Shown here piece by piece: positions 61,443-64,000 of a stretch of 64,000 nt of DNA (position 1 is its first letter; each line of letters begins with the position of its first letter). The DNA is taken from NCBI GenBank assembly GCA_010356995.1, contig ML996704.1, positions 682,001 through 746,000 of the forward strand, given 5' to 3'. The stretch is from Trichodelitschia bisporula. Its lineage: Eukaryota. The notes under the pieces were generated by a model that saw nothing but the letters and a program-made list of their open reading frames with translations, was not told the origin of the DNA and searched no databases. The position numbers were made by a program, and so were the translations under genes.

Positions 61443-62066
61443 AGAAATTTATCAACTTTCGCGTTCCGAGGAGAAAAAGTGGTTGCCGGGATTTTTGGTT
61501 AATTTGGCGTGCATAGCGGCAACGAGTTATTTTGGTATGCCGAGCCACACCTTGGTGTGGCTAGGCATGTAAACAACAAACAGCTTCAGACGCGCGCTGT
61601 GAGATGATTGCGTAGTTGCAGTAGAAAAAGTTACTGATTACACAAGTTTTTGATGCGCATTGTTGTATATTCATGATTGCAGTAGAAAACGGGCGGGATT
61701 GCAGTAATCCCTACGTAAAAAGTGTCAGATGACGGTTAGGTTTGGATTGCAGTGTGGAAATTACATGATTGCGTGGGGGTTTTGGCGTGATTACAGTAAG
61801 CACTAACAAAAACCGTCGGATTGCAGTAAAAATGTCCCGTAGGGAACTCAGCACGCTCAGCACGCCCTCCGACACGCCTTCAACAGACAATGGGGATGCT
61901 GCAAAGCGTGGCTTGCCTGTGTAACCGAACGATCATCGTTTAACATGTCCTCCCCGAAGCCGCGCCCGCCGTGATTCTGTGATATCAGTCCCTCGCTATC
62001 TCCATCTCTCCCACGTCATTCATTCTTGCCCAGTATCCAGACCAACATCCCCATACCGCCGCCAAA

Positions 62067-62538
62067 ATGCGCTTCGCAACACTCCTCGCCCTCCCCATCC
62101 TCGCCTTCGCGGCCCCCCAACCACTCACCGAAATCGCCCGCACACCCGAATCCTTCTCCTCTCTCGAAACGCGTTCCCTCGAAGAGCGCGCAACCTACGA
62201 CTGCGGAGTCAACGGCGGAACGCCGTACTGCTGCCAAGCGACATTCGCGGGCGACCTGCCGCCCATTATCTCGCTCGCGCATCTAACCGGCTTCCCGCTG
62301 AACCCGAATGATGTGAACTGCTTGCTGCGTAAGTGAGGTTCGTTGTTGAGAGGAGCACGTGCTGACTGAGAAGCTACGGCAGCGGATCCGTCGGCGCCGA
62401 CATGTCCGGGCAGTGTTATGTGCTGCCAGGTTGCTGGTGTGGTGAGTTGCGCTCAGTATGAGCAGTAGAGAGATGCTAATGGTGACTGTACAGCCGTTGG
62501 TCGCGGCCCTGTACTGCCAGGCGCCGAAGTTCGCGTAG
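62067..62538 (+). CDS. Class I hydrophobin, 2 introns
   Basis: Signal peptide; spliced Cys pattern C-x8-CC-x28-C-x12-C-x5-CC-x12-C. Confidence 0.85.
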
Positions 62539-63640
62539 AGAGGGGTATTCGCAGGTCGTTGGCATATTGAGGGTCAAAGTTCGCGGGGGAAAAGGCTGAT
62601 ACCATCATTATCCATTCCATTCCATAATCATAATCGTCAATCAATCAATCCATCAATGAATGAAAGCACGTTCTTCCCACGAACTCCCCCCGTCGCACAA
62701 CATCTTTCCCCGCCCCGCTGCACGTACGGGTACCCGCTCCCGCGCCGCACAGCATCTGCATGTCCACAAAGACTCTCAGACTCGCAGTATCCGCAGTCCA
62801 GATCGTTCCATCCCGCCCATAACGCCTGCGGCAAATCCCATATTCAGCAAAGATCGACGATGCAGCAAGAGCGCAAGAAGCACGCACTTCAGCCTTGCGG
62901 GTAGATCCGCCTCCGCAAATGACGGCTCTGATCACTAATATCGTCCATGTTTCAACAACGACTTCGTGAGTGTGTTGCTAGGATCGGATTCGTTCGCCAT
63001 GCGCGCTCGGTATGTCCTGACTCGTGAACATCCGAACCAGCTACATGCAGACTTCAACCTTCAAGAATATCAAGCCTTTTCGTAAATCACGCATCCATCA
63101 GCGCCTCCCTCACAGAGAGGCCATACGATGTCCACATCCGCGCGTCCAAACCATTCCCCCCACCAATCACCTCAGCCCGTTAATCGCGCCGCCAATCTCC
63201 GCAACCCAGATCTCAGGAATTATAATCCGGAGATACTGCGCCGTCCATTAGTTCGAAGTTGAAGTCCCAATAGGATTCGAACCCTGGCCACCGATCCAGG
63301 ATCACATTCGGCAGGATTGCGGGAGGATCGGGACTATCAACCCCGGTCCGCAGGCCATGGGTTCATGGGAAACCGACATGCGGCGCGGATTCACATACAA
63401 CCACATAAACGTGCGCCAAATGAGGCAATATCACTTTGCGAAGAGCACGCACTTATACCAATACCTTGAAGAAAAAAGCATAGCCGTAGCCGCTCGCTTA
63501 GGATTCTCAGAATTGCGCGCCTAACACCTTGCCGAAATATATCATTTGCCCGCCATATCGGCCACATACCGCATACAGTCGCACATACATGTCTTCCCTC
63601 AATATCCCGGTGCTTAACACCCCCCTCCCCGCGTCAATCA

Positions 63641-64000
63641 TCACGACTCCACCCCCGGCCCAACCTGCGCATCAAGCTCCGCCTCCGCCTCCGCAATCGC
63701 CATGGCCATGGCCTCAAACGCGCGGGGCCCATTAAACTGCGCCCCCTCCTCATTCCCATCCTCTGCATCCCAAAGATGTCCCTGACAGGGCAAATCCTCC
63801 CTACTAAAGTGCTTATACGGATCGCCAGGGTCGAGCCACATGCTGCACAGGTAGCAGAAATGCGTTTCGCACTGAGGGCATATCATGTGGTTGCAGCCGT
63901 ATGTCTTTTGAGCCGGGACGCTGCAGGTAGGGCACGGGGAGGTGTGCAGCAGGACGAAGTCGTAGGAGGCTTTGTCTTCGGCGCTGAGCTCGGCGGCAGA
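63641..64000 (-). CDS. RBR-type E3 ubiquitin ligase (Itt1/RNF14-like), C-terminal RING2 part, truncated by window edge
   Basis: TSPCPTCSVPAQKTYGCNHMICPQCETHFCYLCSMWLDPGDPYKHF. Confidence 0.88.
   Translation of the reverse strand, partial: SAAELSAEDKASYDFVLLHTSPCPTCSVPAQKTYGCNHMICPQCETHFCYLCSMWLDPGDPYKHFSREDLPCQGHLWDAEDGNEEGAQFNGPRAFEAMAMAIAEAEAELDAQVGPGVES

Larger units (their letters stand above)
60180..61844. mobile_element. Non-autonomous CMC/CACTA-type DNA transposon
   Basis: TIRs CCCTACGG(T/G)ACATTTTTACTG at both ends; 3-bp TSD AAC (60177-60179, 61845-61847); subterminal GATTGCAGT repeats; no transposase ORF. Confidence 0.85.

Noticed and set aside
61282..61572. RETRETRET and SRLSRL ORFs
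   Set aside because: Translations of the GAGAC microsatellite inside the transposon
60300..61830. Repeated GATTGCAGT motifs as a CRISPR-like array
   Set aside because: Short, irregularly spaced, in both orientations and in a eukaryote; explained as subterminal transposon repeats
56647..62538. P450 plus neighbours as a secondary-metabolite cluster
   Set aside because: No PKS, NRPS or terpene synthase backbone gene in the window

Overview
This window is GC-rich eukaryotic DNA from a filamentous ascomycete (Pezizomycotina; Dothideomycete-like is an inference). Genes have short GT-AG introns with CTAAC/CTGAC branch sites. It holds about 29 protein-coding genes. Recognisable ones are GH105, an FAD oxidoreductase, a type II NADH dehydrogenase, an atypical SDR, MED6, an MMTAG2-like protein, a Sld7-like protein, two BTB proteins, DUF2011, an aldo-keto reductase, WD40, CFEM, an acyltransferase, GYP7, MSO1, an MFS transporter, a Pumilio/Puf3-like protein, a P450, a class I hydrophobin and an RBR E3 ligase; several are orphans. 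There are four intron-containing tRNA genes. The clearest unannotated structure is a non-coding nested transposon at 60180-61844, about 220 bp upstream of the hydrophobin. It is a CMC/CACTA-type element (CCCTA termini, 3-bp AAC duplication) containing a Mutator-type element (long inverted arms, perfect 9-bp duplication, telomere-like core). Also notable are a tandem duplicate of a gene's 3' end that may be an alternative last exon, and alternating C-rich/G-rich blocks along genes. Family calls come from motif recognition by eye, not database searches. I see no clearly new multi-gene system.
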